This document shows positions 9,952 through 19,341 of a stretch of 64,000 bases of DNA, one piece after another. The stretch's first letter is position 1. Every line of letters starts with the position of its first letter. The DNA is taken from contig JBGARN010000002.1 of assembly GCA_044230205.1 (NCBI GenBank), forward strand, positions 10,479-74,478. Reading direction: 5' to 3'. The notes under the pieces are model-generated. The model worked only from the letters and a program-made list of their open reading frames with translations. It ran no database searches and had not been told where the DNA came from. The DNA comes from Bacteroidia bacterium. GTDB lineage: Bacteria > Bacteroidota > Bacteroidia > AKYH767-A > OLB10. Both the position numbers and the translations under genes were made by a program.

Positions 9952-12768
9952 TCAGAAGGTAACAGCTAAATTAAGGAATACACTTTTTGCTGAAGGATAT
10001 GGTGTAACTTCCACATTAGATGAAATGGAATTAACACCGAAATTTGAAACTTCAGGATCGTAACTGTTATAATCAAAAAAGTTAAGCAGGTTGCGGCCCG
10101 ATACTTGAACCCGCATGCTGCACACATCATTAAACCAGCTGCGCGGCATATTATAGGCCAGCCCGATTTCGCGTAACCGTACATAGGAAGCATCTTCGAC
10201 AAATACGGATGCAGATGATCCTAATTGAGATAAGCGGTAATCTCCATTTGATAATTTACCATCAGGATCTAAACCGGTTTCGTCATAATCGGGACTTGTT
10301 CCGAATATATCACTAAGCAGTGTGGTAAGGTTAATGTTATCGCCACCCTTTTTCCAGTGTAACAGGAATGATAATTCCCATGCTTTATATTTAAAGGTGT
10401 TTGACCATGATAACTGAAAATCTGGTTCAGCATCGCCCCATACCACAAGTCCGGTTTCCGGATCTGCTTTATCGCTTGGCCCGATTCCAACAATTTGCGT
10501 GGCGCTTTTACCTTCTTCAAGCCTATAAGTTCCAAGTGTTGCTCCAAATGCTCCAAAATTGAATGCAGGAATATTTAGTTTGGTAATTTCCGATTTGTTT
10601 TTCCACCAGGCTAAGTGTGTATTCCATGAAAAATCGGCCTTACGTATAACAGCATAGTCTAACCCTATCTCTATACCTTTATTCTGTAAATCACCAGCAT
10701 TCGTAATGTAAGTCAAAAATCCTGTTGAGGTAGGAATCTGTAAAGGATAAATAAAATCTTTGTTATTCTTAATATAATAAGTGAAGTCAAATAACAACCG
10801 GTTATCCATCAAACCCACATCAAAACCAAATTCAAGTTCGGTTTGCCTTTCAGGCCCGATTTCATCATTGCCGCGCTGAGTTCCGATCAATGAACCTGTG
10901 CTTCCGTTAAATACTACCGGGCCCAGACCTGAATATGTTGCACCGAATACCGCAAAGTTACCTGCCTCGCCATATGCTGCACGTAATTTAAGTGTGCTCA
11001 GCGTTTTGTCTGGCTTATCCTTCATAAAACTAAATTCACCAAGGTTAACAGCTACTGATGCTTTCGGATAGTAATACAATTTGTTAGGGTCGCCATTGCG
11101 AGATGATTTATCGCCCCTCATACCAACTGTTGCAATTACCATATCCATAATGTTTACTTCTTCCTGTACAAAGAAGCCTTTGTCTAACTGCTTAATGCGT
11201 GTTTGTTCAGCCTGTATACTTCCGGCCTGATCAATGTTAGTTTGTGAACCGATAAGGAATGTTGCTGTGTTCAATACATTATTCGCATCAAACTTTTCCT
11301 GGGTAACACCAAATTGTGTCCGGAAAATTAAATTGTTTGGCGTGTAATAAGAGTGTACCAGGAATGCTGATCCGTTACTGTTTCGATTATTGTTGACGCC
11401 TAAGGCAGACAAGCCGCTTGTTCCATTTCCATTAGCTTCAAATTGTAACGTAGTAGGGAATATTGCCTTTGTTTCAAGGTTATAATAGTCTATTCCATAG
11501 CGCAAAATCAACTGCAGCGATTGTCTTTCCTGGGTTATTAACCGTGTGGTTAAACCAATACCGGTTGTAAAGCGGTTTACCTTTTCATTATTGGTAATTA
11601 AATCGCGTGTTTGTAAAAAATTGGAAGGGGCATAAGGATTATTGGGGTAGTTACCCAACTCATCCGGAAACAAATTTGCAAACGATGGTGTTGATACAAA
11701 TGAAACACCCATTGTAGTACTTGTATTATCATTACCAAAATAACCACGGTCAGCTGATGAATTAATGTAATTGGAGCTGATGGATAAATCCATGAATTTG
11801 AATACACGCTGATCAAGATTCACTCTGAATGATGATTTTTCATATCCGGTGTTTTCCACAATCCCTTCATCATCAGTGCGGGTATAACCTGCAAAATATC
11901 CGGTGTTTTCAGTTCCTCCACTTACGCCAATATTGGAGGTATACATCATGCCTTTGTTGCCATACAATTCTTTTTCATAGTCATAAGTTTTACGTCCGGC
12001 TGCTATATAATCATCTAAGCCGGCCTGGCCGAATGATGTTTTTACACGGTCATCTGTCCATGTACGCTGCCCGAGTTTGCGAAGCTGCGATTGCATACCG
12101 ATTGATTGTGACAAGGTAACTTCAGGCTTGCCTCCGGAATTTCTTCCTTTTTTAGTAGTGATGATAATTACACCTGAACCAGCACGCGAGCCATAAATTG
12201 CCGCTGCAGATGCGCCTTTAAGCACTTCAATTTTTTCAATATCAGCCGGATTCAAATCGGCAATGCGGTTAGAGGGATTATCCTGGTTGGCCACACTGCC
12301 CTGGTTGGCAGCCTTTGAAACAGTATTCAATCCTGCAGCAATGGCTGAGTTGTCATAATAAACTCCGTCAACAACATATAAAGGCTGGCCACTGCCTGAA
12401 ATAGAATTTATACCTCTCAATTTAACTGACATACCACCACCCGGGGAACCTCCGTTGGCCGAAAGATTTGCTCCGGCTACTTTTCCATACATAGCTCCAT
12501 CAACTGTGGATTGCACAGTGGTACCGGTAAGCTCTTCAGACGAAACCTGGGAGATAGCATTAGCAGCATTACTGCGCTTTACGCTTGTTGCCAATCCTGT
12601 TACCACCGCTTCTTCAAGCTTTGTTGCTTTTTCCGTTAGTACAACATCCAGTCCCGAAACGCCTTCAGCTACTGTTTTTTCCTGCGTATGCTGCGCAATT
12701 AACGGCAGGCTGGCTAACAGCAAAAAGAACAATAACATGTAATGAGTTTTAGTTTGTTTCATAAGCAT
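9952..12768 (-). CDS. SusC/RagA-family TonB-linked outer membrane protein
   Basis: 938 aa with a signal peptide. Plug region (VVTGLATSVKRSNAANAISQVSSEEL, GINSISGSGQPLYVVDG, IEVLKGASAAAIYGSRAGSGVIIITTKKG), C-terminal aromatic residue, and location directly upstream of the SusD-like gene. Confidence 0.9.
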   Translation of the reverse strand: MLMKQTKTHYMLLFFLLLASLPLIAQHTQEKTVAEGVSGLDVVLTEKATKLEEAVVTGLATSVKRSNAANAISQVSSEELTGTTVQSTVDGAMYGKVAGANLSANGGSPGGGMSVKLRGINSISGSGQPLYVVDGVYYDNSAIAAGLNTVSKAANQGSVANQDNPSNRIADLNPADIEKIEVLKGASAAAIYGSRAGSGVIIITTKKGRNSGGKPEVTLSQSIGMQSQLRKLGQRTWTDDRVKTSFGQAGLDDYIAAGRKTYDYEKELYGNKGMMYTSNIGVSGGTENTGYFAGYTRTDDEGIVENTGYEKSSFRVNLDQRVFKFMDLSISSNYINSSADRGYFGNDNTSTTMGVSFVSTPSFANLFPDELGNYPNNPYAPSNFLQTRDLITNNEKVNRFTTGIGLTTRLITQERQSLQLILRYGIDYYNLETKAIFPTTLQFEANGNGTSGLSALGVNNNRNSNGSAFLVHSYYTPNNLIFRTQFGVTQEKFDANNVLNTATFLIGSQTNIDQAGSIQAEQTRIKQLDKGFFVQEEVNIMDMVIATVGMRGDKSSRNGDPNKLYYYPKASVAVNLGEFSFMKDKPDKTLSTLKLRAAYGEAGNFAVFGATYSGLGPVVFNGSTGSLIGTQRGNDEIGPERQTELEFGFDVGLMDNRLLFDFTYYIKNNKDFIYPLQIPTSTGFLTYITNAGDLQNKGIEIGLDYAVIRKADFSWNTHLAWWKNKSEITKLNIPAFNFGAFGATLGTYRLEEGKSATQIVGIGPSDKADPETGLVVWGDAEPDFQLSWSNTFKYKAWELSFLLHWKKGGDNINLTTLLSDIFGTSPDYDETGLDPDGKLSNGDYRLSQLGSSASVFVEDASYVRLREIGLAYNMPRSWFNDVCSMRVQVSGRNLLNFFDYNSYDPEVSNFGVNSISSNVEVTPYPSAKSVFLNLAVTF

Positions 12769-12950
12769 TTAGTTTTGATTTTTGAAGTGATGAAATTAAT
12801 GGCTTTAGTTTTACAATCACAAGAAACTTAACAATTTATTTATGATTTACTCACAAAGTTGTTAACCATTAAAAAAATATCATTACCCATATACTTAAAA
12901 AAACAAGTGCCTTATCCTTCAGACTGCTAACTCTAACCTGTTAATTATAC

Positions 12951-12986
12951 GTAAAAAAGCACGGTTGAAACAACTCAGCCGTGCTT
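12951..12986 (-). terminator. Rho-independent terminator (minus strand)
   Basis: The minus strand reads AAAGCACGG-loop-CCGTGCTTTTTT, about 65 nt downstream of the HTH regulator stop. It separates that operon from susC. Confidence 0.55.
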
Positions 12987-13051
12987 TAATATCATTCGAC
13001 AGTTTGCAGACTCCGTAACCTAATTCACTTTTTAAAAACTTCCTTACCTAT

Positions 13052-13333
13052 TTAACCAATATAATCTTTTAAATTTTTTACATAGGTTTCAAATGCTTTT
13101 ATTCCTTTAGTGGTAATTTTACAAGTGGTAAGGGGATAGTTATCGCGAAATGCTTTTGTTATTGAAATATATTCCGCCTCTGCCAGCTTGTTGATCTGAA
13201 CACTTAGATTTCCGGCAGTTGCTCCCGTTTTTTCTTTCAGGTATGAAAATTCGGCCTCGCGAACATTGGAGAGCAATGAAATAATTTGCAGCCTGAGCTG
13301 AGAATGTAATAGCGGATCTAAATCTTTAAACAT
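13052..13333 (-). CDS. Small winged-helix transcriptional regulator
   Basis: 93 aa. LHSQLRLQIISLL...FSYLKEKTGATAGNLSVQINKLAEAEYI is typical of the short wHTH family found next to membrane proteins in Bacteroidota. Confidence 0.75.
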   Translation of the reverse strand: MFKDLDPLLHSQLRLQIISLLSNVREAEFSYLKEKTGATAGNLSVQINKLAEAEYISITKAFRDNYPLTTCKITTKGIKAFETYVKNLKDYIG

Positions 13334-13354
13334 GATTTTAAAACCTTTCTGACT

Positions 13355-13954
13355 TTATAATGAGGTTTTTATTGAACGGTAATATTTAGCCTTGAGCAGG
13401 TAACCAGGAATGATGTAGCCCAATAGAACTGCTGCTGCAAGCATTAGCGACTGCAACTCGATTTCTTTTACAAATAAGCTTGCTGCAGCCAATACCCAAT
13501 TGATAACAGCACCTGCACGCAATGCTGTAAATTGCAATGCGCCACCTGATATATAAAGCCATATGGCATATACTACCATAACCATTGGATAACAATATTC
13601 TCCTAACACAGGCATGGCAAGCAATACTAAAAACAGCGAAATCAAAAATGCATGTATTACATATTTCAGAAATTCATCGAATTGAGTTTTTACGCGCCTT
13701 TCCTTTTCTTCTTTTCTTCCATAAATTACTGTAATAATACCTCCAAGTGGCATGAGTACCGTCCATCCTAACCAATAAGGTAAGCTAAGGTTTAATTGAA
13801 TTGCTGCAAATTGCCATATGCTGGCAATAAATACCATCCATCCCCATAACAGGAAGTAAAAACCATTATCACGAACTTCCTGTTGAATGGATTGTATCAT
13901 TTGCTGAATAATGCGAATGCTCTCTTCGCTTGTTAATTCTTTTTCTTCTTTCAT
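13355..13954 (-). CDS. Hypothetical integral membrane protein
   Basis: 199 aa with about 5 predicted hydrophobic helices. It ends 22 nt upstream of the wHTH regulator. No family recognised. Confidence 0.55.
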   Translation of the reverse strand: MKEEKELTSEESIRIIQQMIQSIQQEVRDNGFYFLLWGWMVFIASIWQFAAIQLNLSLPYWLGWTVLMPLGGIITVIYGRKEEKERRVKTQFDEFLKYVIHAFLISLFLVLLAMPVLGEYCYPMVMVVYAIWLYISGGALQFTALRAGAVINWVLAAASLFVKEIELQSLMLAAAVLLGYIIPGYLLKAKYYRSIKTSL

Positions 13955-13984
13955 TACTTAAGTGTTTAGTATTTTTTGTTTCTG

Positions 13985-14623
13985 TTAATTTTTGCATTCT
14001 TCCAAAACCTGTTGTGCACGCTGCAATCCCCATGCAGGCATAATACTATTAGCAGGCTTATATGTTTTAAAATATTCAATTGATTTTTCTATGAGATTTT
14101 CTGCCTTTTCTTTTCCGCCTCCATATGCCTCAGGTGTATATAAGGCATTTATGCCAAGCATTAAATAAACCCGCGGATTTTGCGGATCAGCAATTCTTGC
14201 CTCTTGAATAAGTGCATTTGATTGCATTCCCAATGTTTGTCCACGTGAACCATCTACACTTATTTTTAAACCAAGGAGCATGGCATGAACAACATTTATT
14301 TCAGCATTTCCGGCTGCAATTTTTTCGGCAGCTGTAATGCAATCTATTCCTTTGTCAAGCAATTCATCCTTTTTCTTGTTGTCGGACTCAAGAATTGCCA
14401 TACGTGAAAAAACATATGCCTTGTAGTAATTGGGCAGCCATTCTCCGGCTTCATTTCTTGCAATTCTGTCAAATCCGGTTAAGGCATTTTCATACGTTGT
14501 AACTGAATTTGCCTCGTTCATTACTTTTATATAGCGCTCCATAGAGGCTGTATATTTAGGGTTTTGTGAGTATGCTGCCAGGTAAGCCAGCATGAGCATT
14601 GTAAAATTGATAATGTGTTTCAT
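13985..14623 (-). CDS. Hypothetical secreted all-helical (TPR-like) protein
   Basis: Signal peptide MKHIINFTMLMLAYLAAYSQ. The ATG at 14623 is preferred over the TTG at 14653. Helical-repeat composition; no family recognised. Confidence 0.5.
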   Translation of the reverse strand: MKHIINFTMLMLAYLAAYSQNPKYTASMERYIKVMNEANSVTTYENALTGFDRIARNEAGEWLPNYYKAYVFSRMAILESDNKKKDELLDKGIDCITAAEKIAAGNAEINVVHAMLLGLKISVDGSRGQTLGMQSNALIQEARIADPQNPRVYLMLGINALYTPEAYGGGKEKAENLIEKSIEYFKTYKPANSIMPAWGLQRAQQVLEECKN

Positions 14624-14865
14624 TTTTTGATGTAGTTTATAAATTTGTTGCAAACATAAATTAGTTTATATTATAAACCAAATTTATTTAAAAATTTAAC
14701 ATTTGATATGTGGAGCATTTCAATTGCACCTTTCATCAATTGGTGAATGGAATTTATTGGAGTAATTATTCTGACAGTTATTCAAAGGCATCCATAGTAA
14801 AACAATGGCAAATAATCATCGCAATTACCATTCTGAATTAAAGAGAAAAACTGATATGCTTTTAA

Positions 14866-15099
14866 TTAACCTGCTACTTTATCAATTGCATCAGCAAGTT
14901 TTCTATCCTTATCGGTTACCACCCCACCGGCATCGTGCGTGTTAAGTAAAATTTCAACCCGATTGTATACATTACTCCATGATGGATGGTGATTCATTTT
15001 TTCAGCTATTAGTGCAACGCGGGTCATAAATGAAAAGGCTTCGATAAAATTTCTGAAGCTGAAACTTTTTTTCAGGCAATTATTTTCTTCTGTCCACAT
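14866..15099 (-). CDS. 4a-hydroxytetrahydrobiopterin (pterin-4-alpha-carbinolamine) dehydratase
   Basis: 77 aa with the PCD/DCoH motif [30 protein letters not shown]-like. Confidence 0.85.
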   Translation of the reverse strand: MWTEENNCLKKSFSFRNFIEAFSFMTRVALIAEKMNHHPSWSNVYNRVEILLNTHDAGGVVTDKDRKLADAIDKVAG

Positions 15100-15155
15100 A
15101 ATAATATGTTTTTAATTAAAGGTAATTTTATAAAGTTGCATCAATTGTTTACAGT

Positions 15156-16238
15156 ATGTATTACTGCATGAAAACCATTTTTCAATTTTATTATAAGCTC
15201 ATTTTATTGACGGTTTTCTTTATCGTAATGAATTTCTTTTCCATTTATGCCCAAAAATACGATTCAACCTATTACGAAAAATATTTAAACAGGCTTTGTA
15301 CTACCCTCAGTTTATCCAACCGCAATTACAGGATTGCTATAACCAATAATCCGTATTCGCCAGAAAAAGATACCATTGATGTAATATATAAAGGTAATAC
15401 CCCATTGACTACAGGTGTAACATTAGACTGGGATATCTTTAGCCTATCGTTTAGCTTCTATGGATTTAGCAACAACGAAGACAAAAAGGGTTCATCAGAG
15501 GCATTCAACGTATACTTTGGCTGGGGTAATGCCAAATACATTGCTGAAACCTATTACCGTTACCTGAAAGGATTTTATGATACACGTTCCAACAAGTATG
15601 ATAGCATACCCGGCAATGATGATGAATATAATCAGCAACCCAATCTTACGCAGCAGATTCTTCGAGGTAAGTTTATTTATGTTTTCAACTCTGAAAAGTT
15701 TGCGTTTAAAAACGGCTATACTGCTATTTACCATCAGAAGAAAACAGCAGGATCATTTTTACTGCAGGGGAATGTTTTTTACAATAAGCAGGATAATAAT
15801 AACTCATTTGTTCCCGCAGCATATGCTCAAAGCTATGCTTACAGTTACCAGGTAAACTACCTTTCTAATTTGGGATTTTCACTAGGCGGTGGGTATGCCG
15901 GAACCCTGGTTATGGGAAAAGATTACTTTATAAACGGAACCTTATTTTTAATGGGCGAATTTCAACATAATAAACTTTCGAAAACCAGCGGGGACTATAA
16001 AGAATATGATAACTGGAATGCAGGATCAGAATCACGGTTATGTTTAGGGCACAACGGCAGAGTATTTTATCTGTCAGTTGCATTGCGTGCAGAAACCAGT
16101 ATCTACAGACTTTATGACATCGGTCTTCGAAATTCTATCTTATTTACTGATTTTAATATCGGCTATCGCTTTAAAGTTAAAGATCCAAAATTTATGAGTA
16201 AGGTGCGGCAAAATTTTCTGTATAAGGTTTTTGATTAA
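15156..16238 (+). CDS. Hypothetical secreted beta-rich protein (possibly DUF4421 family)
   Basis: 360 aa with a signal peptide ending IYAQ. Aromatic- and Gly-rich alternating pattern. Family assignment is tentative. Confidence 0.45.
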   Translation: MYYCMKTIFQFYYKLILLTVFFIVMNFFSIYAQKYDSTYYEKYLNRLCTTLSLSNRNYRIAITNNPYSPEKDTIDVIYKGNTPLTTGVTLDWDIFSLSFSFYGFSNNEDKKGSSEAFNVYFGWGNAKYIAETYYRYLKGFYDTRSNKYDSIPGNDDEYNQQPNLTQQILRGKFIYVFNSEKFAFKNGYTAIYHQKKTAGSFLLQGNVFYNKQDNNNSFVPAAYAQSYAYSYQVNYLSNLGFSLGGGYAGTLVMGKDYFINGTLFLMGEFQHNKLSKTSGDYKEYDNWNAGSESRLCLGHNGRVFYLSVALRAETSIYRLYDIGLRNSILFTDFNIGYRFKVKDPKFMSKVRQNFLYKVFD

Positions 16239-16327
16239 AACTGTTAAGCAATGTGTGACTGGATTCAGAAGGGTTGTCAATTAGTTTTCCAAATACTGAT
16301 ACATTTTATAAATTCGCGCGCCTTTTC

Positions 16328-16353
16328 AAAAAAACACCTGCCGGCAGGCAGGT
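16328..16353 (-). terminator. Terminator-like GC hairpin oriented for the minus strand
   Basis: The plus strand reads AAAAAAA-C-ACCTGCC-GGCA-GGCAGGT. On the minus strand this is a 7-bp GC stem followed by TTTTTTT. No minus-strand gene lies upstream of it. Confidence 0.35.
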
Positions 16354-16402
16354 AAATGAAAAGTGACGATTTATTTATTTATCACATTAATAGAGATTAA
16401 AG

Positions 16403-17344
16403 ATGAAAATTACAGTAGTAGGAGCCGGTAATGTTGGTGCAACTGTTGCCAATGTTTGTGCTCACAATGAATTAGCAAACGAAGTTATTTTGCTTGACAT
16501 TAAGGAAGGAATTGCCGAAGGTAAATCGCTCGACATCTGGCAAACAGCACCCATCAATCTTTACGATACACGTGTAAAAGGTGTAACTAATGATTATGCT
16601 GCTACAGCCAATAGTGATGTAGTTGTTATTACATCGGGCTTACCACGTAAACCCGGCATGAGCCGTGATGACCTGATTGCAACTAATGCAGGTATAGTTC
16701 GTTCAGTAACTGAAAATATTATTAAGTATTCTCCAAATACTATCATAATAGTGGTTTCCAATCCGCTTGATGTGATGACTTACTGTGCTTATCTCACTGC
16801 CAAACTGCCTGCCAATAAAGTATTCGGTATGGCCGGTATATTAGACACAGCGCGTTACCGGGCGTTTTTAGCAGAAGCTTTAAATTGTTCTCCGAAAGAT
16901 ATACAGGCTGTTTTAATGGGCGGACATGGCGATACAATGGTTCCGCTTCCACGTTATACAACAGTTGGTGGTATTCCGGTAACTGAACTGATTGACGAAG
17001 CAAAACTGAATGCAATTGTTGAAAGAACCAAAAAAGGTGGTGGTGAATTAGTAAACCTTATGGGAACATCGGCATGGTATGCACCGGGTGCTGCTGCAGC
17101 ACAAATGGTTGAAGCGATTGTTCGCGATCAGCAACGTATTTACCCTGTTTGTGCATGGTTACAGGGAGAATATGGTTTGAAAAATGTTTACTTAGGAGTG
17201 CCTGTAAAGTTAGGCCGGAACGGCATTGAGCAAATCATAGAATTGAAACTGAATGCTGATGAAATGAAACTTGTTAACGATTCGGCAAAAGCAGTTAAGG
17301 AAGTAATGGATGTTTTAGATGGTATGGCTGCTACAGCTAAGTAA
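16403..17344 (+). CDS. mdh: Malate dehydrogenase (LDH-like type)
   Basis: 313 aa: MKITVVGAGNVGAT..., ITSGLPRKPGMSRDDL, VSNPLD, MGGHGD. Confidence 0.95.
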   Translation: MKITVVGAGNVGATVANVCAHNELANEVILLDIKEGIAEGKSLDIWQTAPINLYDTRVKGVTNDYAATANSDVVVITSGLPRKPGMSRDDLIATNAGIVRSVTENIIKYSPNTIIIVVSNPLDVMTYCAYLTAKLPANKVFGMAGILDTARYRAFLAEALNCSPKDIQAVLMGGHGDTMVPLPRYTTVGGIPVTELIDEAKLNAIVERTKKGGGELVNLMGTSAWYAPGAAAAQMVEAIVRDQQRIYPVCAWLQGEYGLKNVYLGVPVKLGRNGIEQIIELKLNADEMKLVNDSAKAVKEVMDVLDGMAATAK

Positions 17345-17360
17345 TTAAACTTAAAGTGAA

Positions 17361-17399
17361 AAAAATCCGTGATACAAAACTGTGTCACGGATTTTTTTT
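17361..17399. terminator. Bidirectional rho-independent terminator shared by mdh and the convergent DAHPS/CM gene
   Basis: AAAAA-TCCGTGA..loop..TCACGGA-TTTTTTTT. The 3' stem arm contains the TGA stop (17385-17387) of the minus-strand gene. Confidence 0.7.
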
Positions 17400-18482
17400 A
17401 TTCATTATTTCTGATTGTACCCGAATAGATTCATCATGAATCTGAATGAGAATATTTTTTACAAAATTTCGGTTAAGTCCCAGTTCATCCGCTTTTAGCA
17501 GGCATTGCCTTACAATGCTGCTCCATCGAATAATCTGAAAAATACTTACCTCACCTGCATCTTTAAGAGCGCCAATTTCTTTAACCAGCTGCATGCGTTC
17601 ATCCAAAACCTCCAGTAATGAACTATCGAGCATGTCAATTTTTTTTCGGATGCTTTCCAAACTCAAGGTAAGCCTTTCATCATCAAAAGTGGATTTGCGC
17701 ATTTTCAAGCCGCTTACCATTTCAAAAAGTTGCTGCGGGTTCACCTGTTGTTCAACATCACTTAATGCTTTTGCCGGCTGATAATGAGTTTCAATCATTA
17801 AACCCGCCATGTCCAAATCAATACTTTGCTGCGCCACTACAGGTAATAAATGTGTGTTCCCAGCTATATGGCTTATATCACAAATTACCGGCAATTGAGG
17901 ATGTTGTGTTTTCAACTCGATAATTGCTTCCCATCGCGGTGCATTACGGTACTCTGTTTTTTCATAAGTAAAAAACCCGCGATGCACAGCAGCCAGTTTT
18001 TTTATGCCGGCTCGTTGTATGCGCTCCAGGGCTCCAAGCCATAATTGCAAATCGGGGTGCAGGGGATTTTTTACCAGTACAGGAACATCAACACCTTGCA
18101 AGGCATCGGCTATTTCCTGAACAAAAAAAGGATTTACTGAGGTGCGTGCACCTATCCACAAAAAATCAATGCCGGCATTTAATGCAGCTTCAACATGCTT
18201 TGAATTTGCAACTTCGGTAGCAACACGCATACCGGTTTGTTGCTTAACGGCTTTAAGCCATGCTAAGCCTTTCTGCCCAACTCCTTCAAATGTTCCGGGG
18301 CGGGTGCGCGGTTTCCAAACACCGGCACGAAAAATATTATGCGGAAAATTGGTTGCAATAGCTGATGCTGTAAGGAGCAATTGTTCTTCCGACTCTGCAC
18401 TGCATGGGCCTGCAATTAAAACCCTGCTATCGCCTTGCTTCAGCCAATTATCAATTGCATTTATTTCCAGTAGCTCATTCAT
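17385..18482 (-). CDS. Bifunctional 3-deoxy-7-phosphoheptulonate synthase / chorismate mutase type II
   Basis: 365 aa. N-terminal type I-beta DAHPS/KDO8PS-like barrel (IAGPCSAES, FRAGVWKPRT, CDISHIAG). C-terminal AroQ chorismate mutase helix region (IRKKIDMLDSSLLEVLDERMQLVKEIG). A C-terminal CM is the Bacteroidota arrangement. Confidence 0.9.
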   Translation of the reverse strand: MNELLEINAIDNWLKQGDSRVLIAGPCSAESEEQLLLTASAIATNFPHNIFRAGVWKPRTRPGTFEGVGQKGLAWLKAVKQQTGMRVATEVANSKHVEAALNAGIDFLWIGARTSVNPFFVQEIADALQGVDVPVLVKNPLHPDLQLWLGALERIQRAGIKKLAAVHRGFFTYEKTEYRNAPRWEAIIELKTQHPQLPVICDISHIAGNTHLLPVVAQQSIDLDMAGLMIETHYQPAKALSDVEQQVNPQQLFEMVSGLKMRKSTFDDERLTLSLESIRKKIDMLDSSLLEVLDERMQLVKEIGALKDAGEVSIFQIIRWSSIVRQCLLKADELGLNRNFVKNILIQIHDESIRVQSEIMNKKNP

Positions 18483-18600
18483 TATCTGTACGCTTCAATT
18501 TCATCTCAATATAATCTCGAAAGAGTTTTAATAATAGTACTTTTTATTGCAAGAACCAGCATATGTAACGCTCCATTTTAGTCATCAACAATCAAATTTT

Positions 18601-19341
18601 CTACGACCGTCCCTCTTCATTCAATTTGCCACTCTTCTTCAAAGTGCGCAATAATAAAGCCATTAAAACTGTAGCCCCTAAAACATAACCCTGCCACATA
18701 AAGAATTTGTATTCTCCATGAGTTGCATAATACCGCAATACATCAACAAACAAAAATCCTAAAACTGTGTTTAGAACACCGGTATATTCTCTTCGCAAAA
18801 CCGTAATCATAGAAAAAGGTATAGCTGATTTTACAAACTGTGAAAGCCTGGGAACAAACGCAGGTGCTTTTAATGACCAGTCTAAATATGCCTTTCCAAA
18901 CTTACGTTCCAAAAAACGCTCTTCGGCAAACATTATGCGTTCGTAATAGAGCCAGTACATAAGCGATACTATAATAACAAAGTACCAGTTTAACGTATAG
19001 ATTACTATACCAATCCACATGAGGTAATTACCAAGGTACAAAGGATGACGAACCACAGAATAAATGCCGGTAGAGTTTAAAGATTCTGCAACCTGCTCTT
19101 CGGTATTTCTTCCTGAAGTTCCTTTGGGAGTTGTTCCAACCGTATAAGCCCGAATCCATTGACCAATAAAACTAACTGCCACCGCTATTGCACCCGTAAT
19201 TAATTTTTGTTCATCACTTACAGAACTATAGTCAGTTAAAAATATTACAGGTACTGCAAGCACAAACAAAAAAACCGGCAGCCAGCCCCTTCGTTTAAAT
19301 AACCAGTTACCATCGCTTTCAAAAGAATGCAGTAAAGCCAT
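18601..19341 (-). CDS. Membrane methyltransferase, isoprenylcysteine carboxyl / phospholipid methyltransferase family
   Basis: 246 aa, multi-TM, with motif GIYSVVRHPLYLGNYLMWIG...EERFLERKFG. Confidence 0.75.
   Translation of the reverse strand: MALLHSFESDGNWLFKRRGWLPVFLFVLAVPVIFLTDYSSVSDEQKLITGAIAVAVSFIGQWIRAYTVGTTPKGTSGRNTEEQVAESLNSTGIYSVVRHPLYLGNYLMWIGIVIYTLNWYFVIIVSLMYWLYYERIMFAEERFLERKFGKAYLDWSLKAPAFVPRLSQFVKSAIPFSMITVLRREYTGVLNTVLGFLFVDVLRYYATHGEYKFFMWQGYVLGATVLMALLLRTLKKSGKLNEEGRS

Noticed and set aside
16354-16402. 14-codon sORF (MKSDDLFIYHINRD*) ending 3 nt before the mdh ATG
   Set aside because: Its composition has no functional hint and there is no structure. Such sORFs are expected by chance in AT-rich leaders.
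18142-18531. 129-aa plus-strand ORF overlapping the DAHPS/CM gene start
   Set aside because: It is antisense to a gene with clear DAHPS motifs and has no signal of its own.
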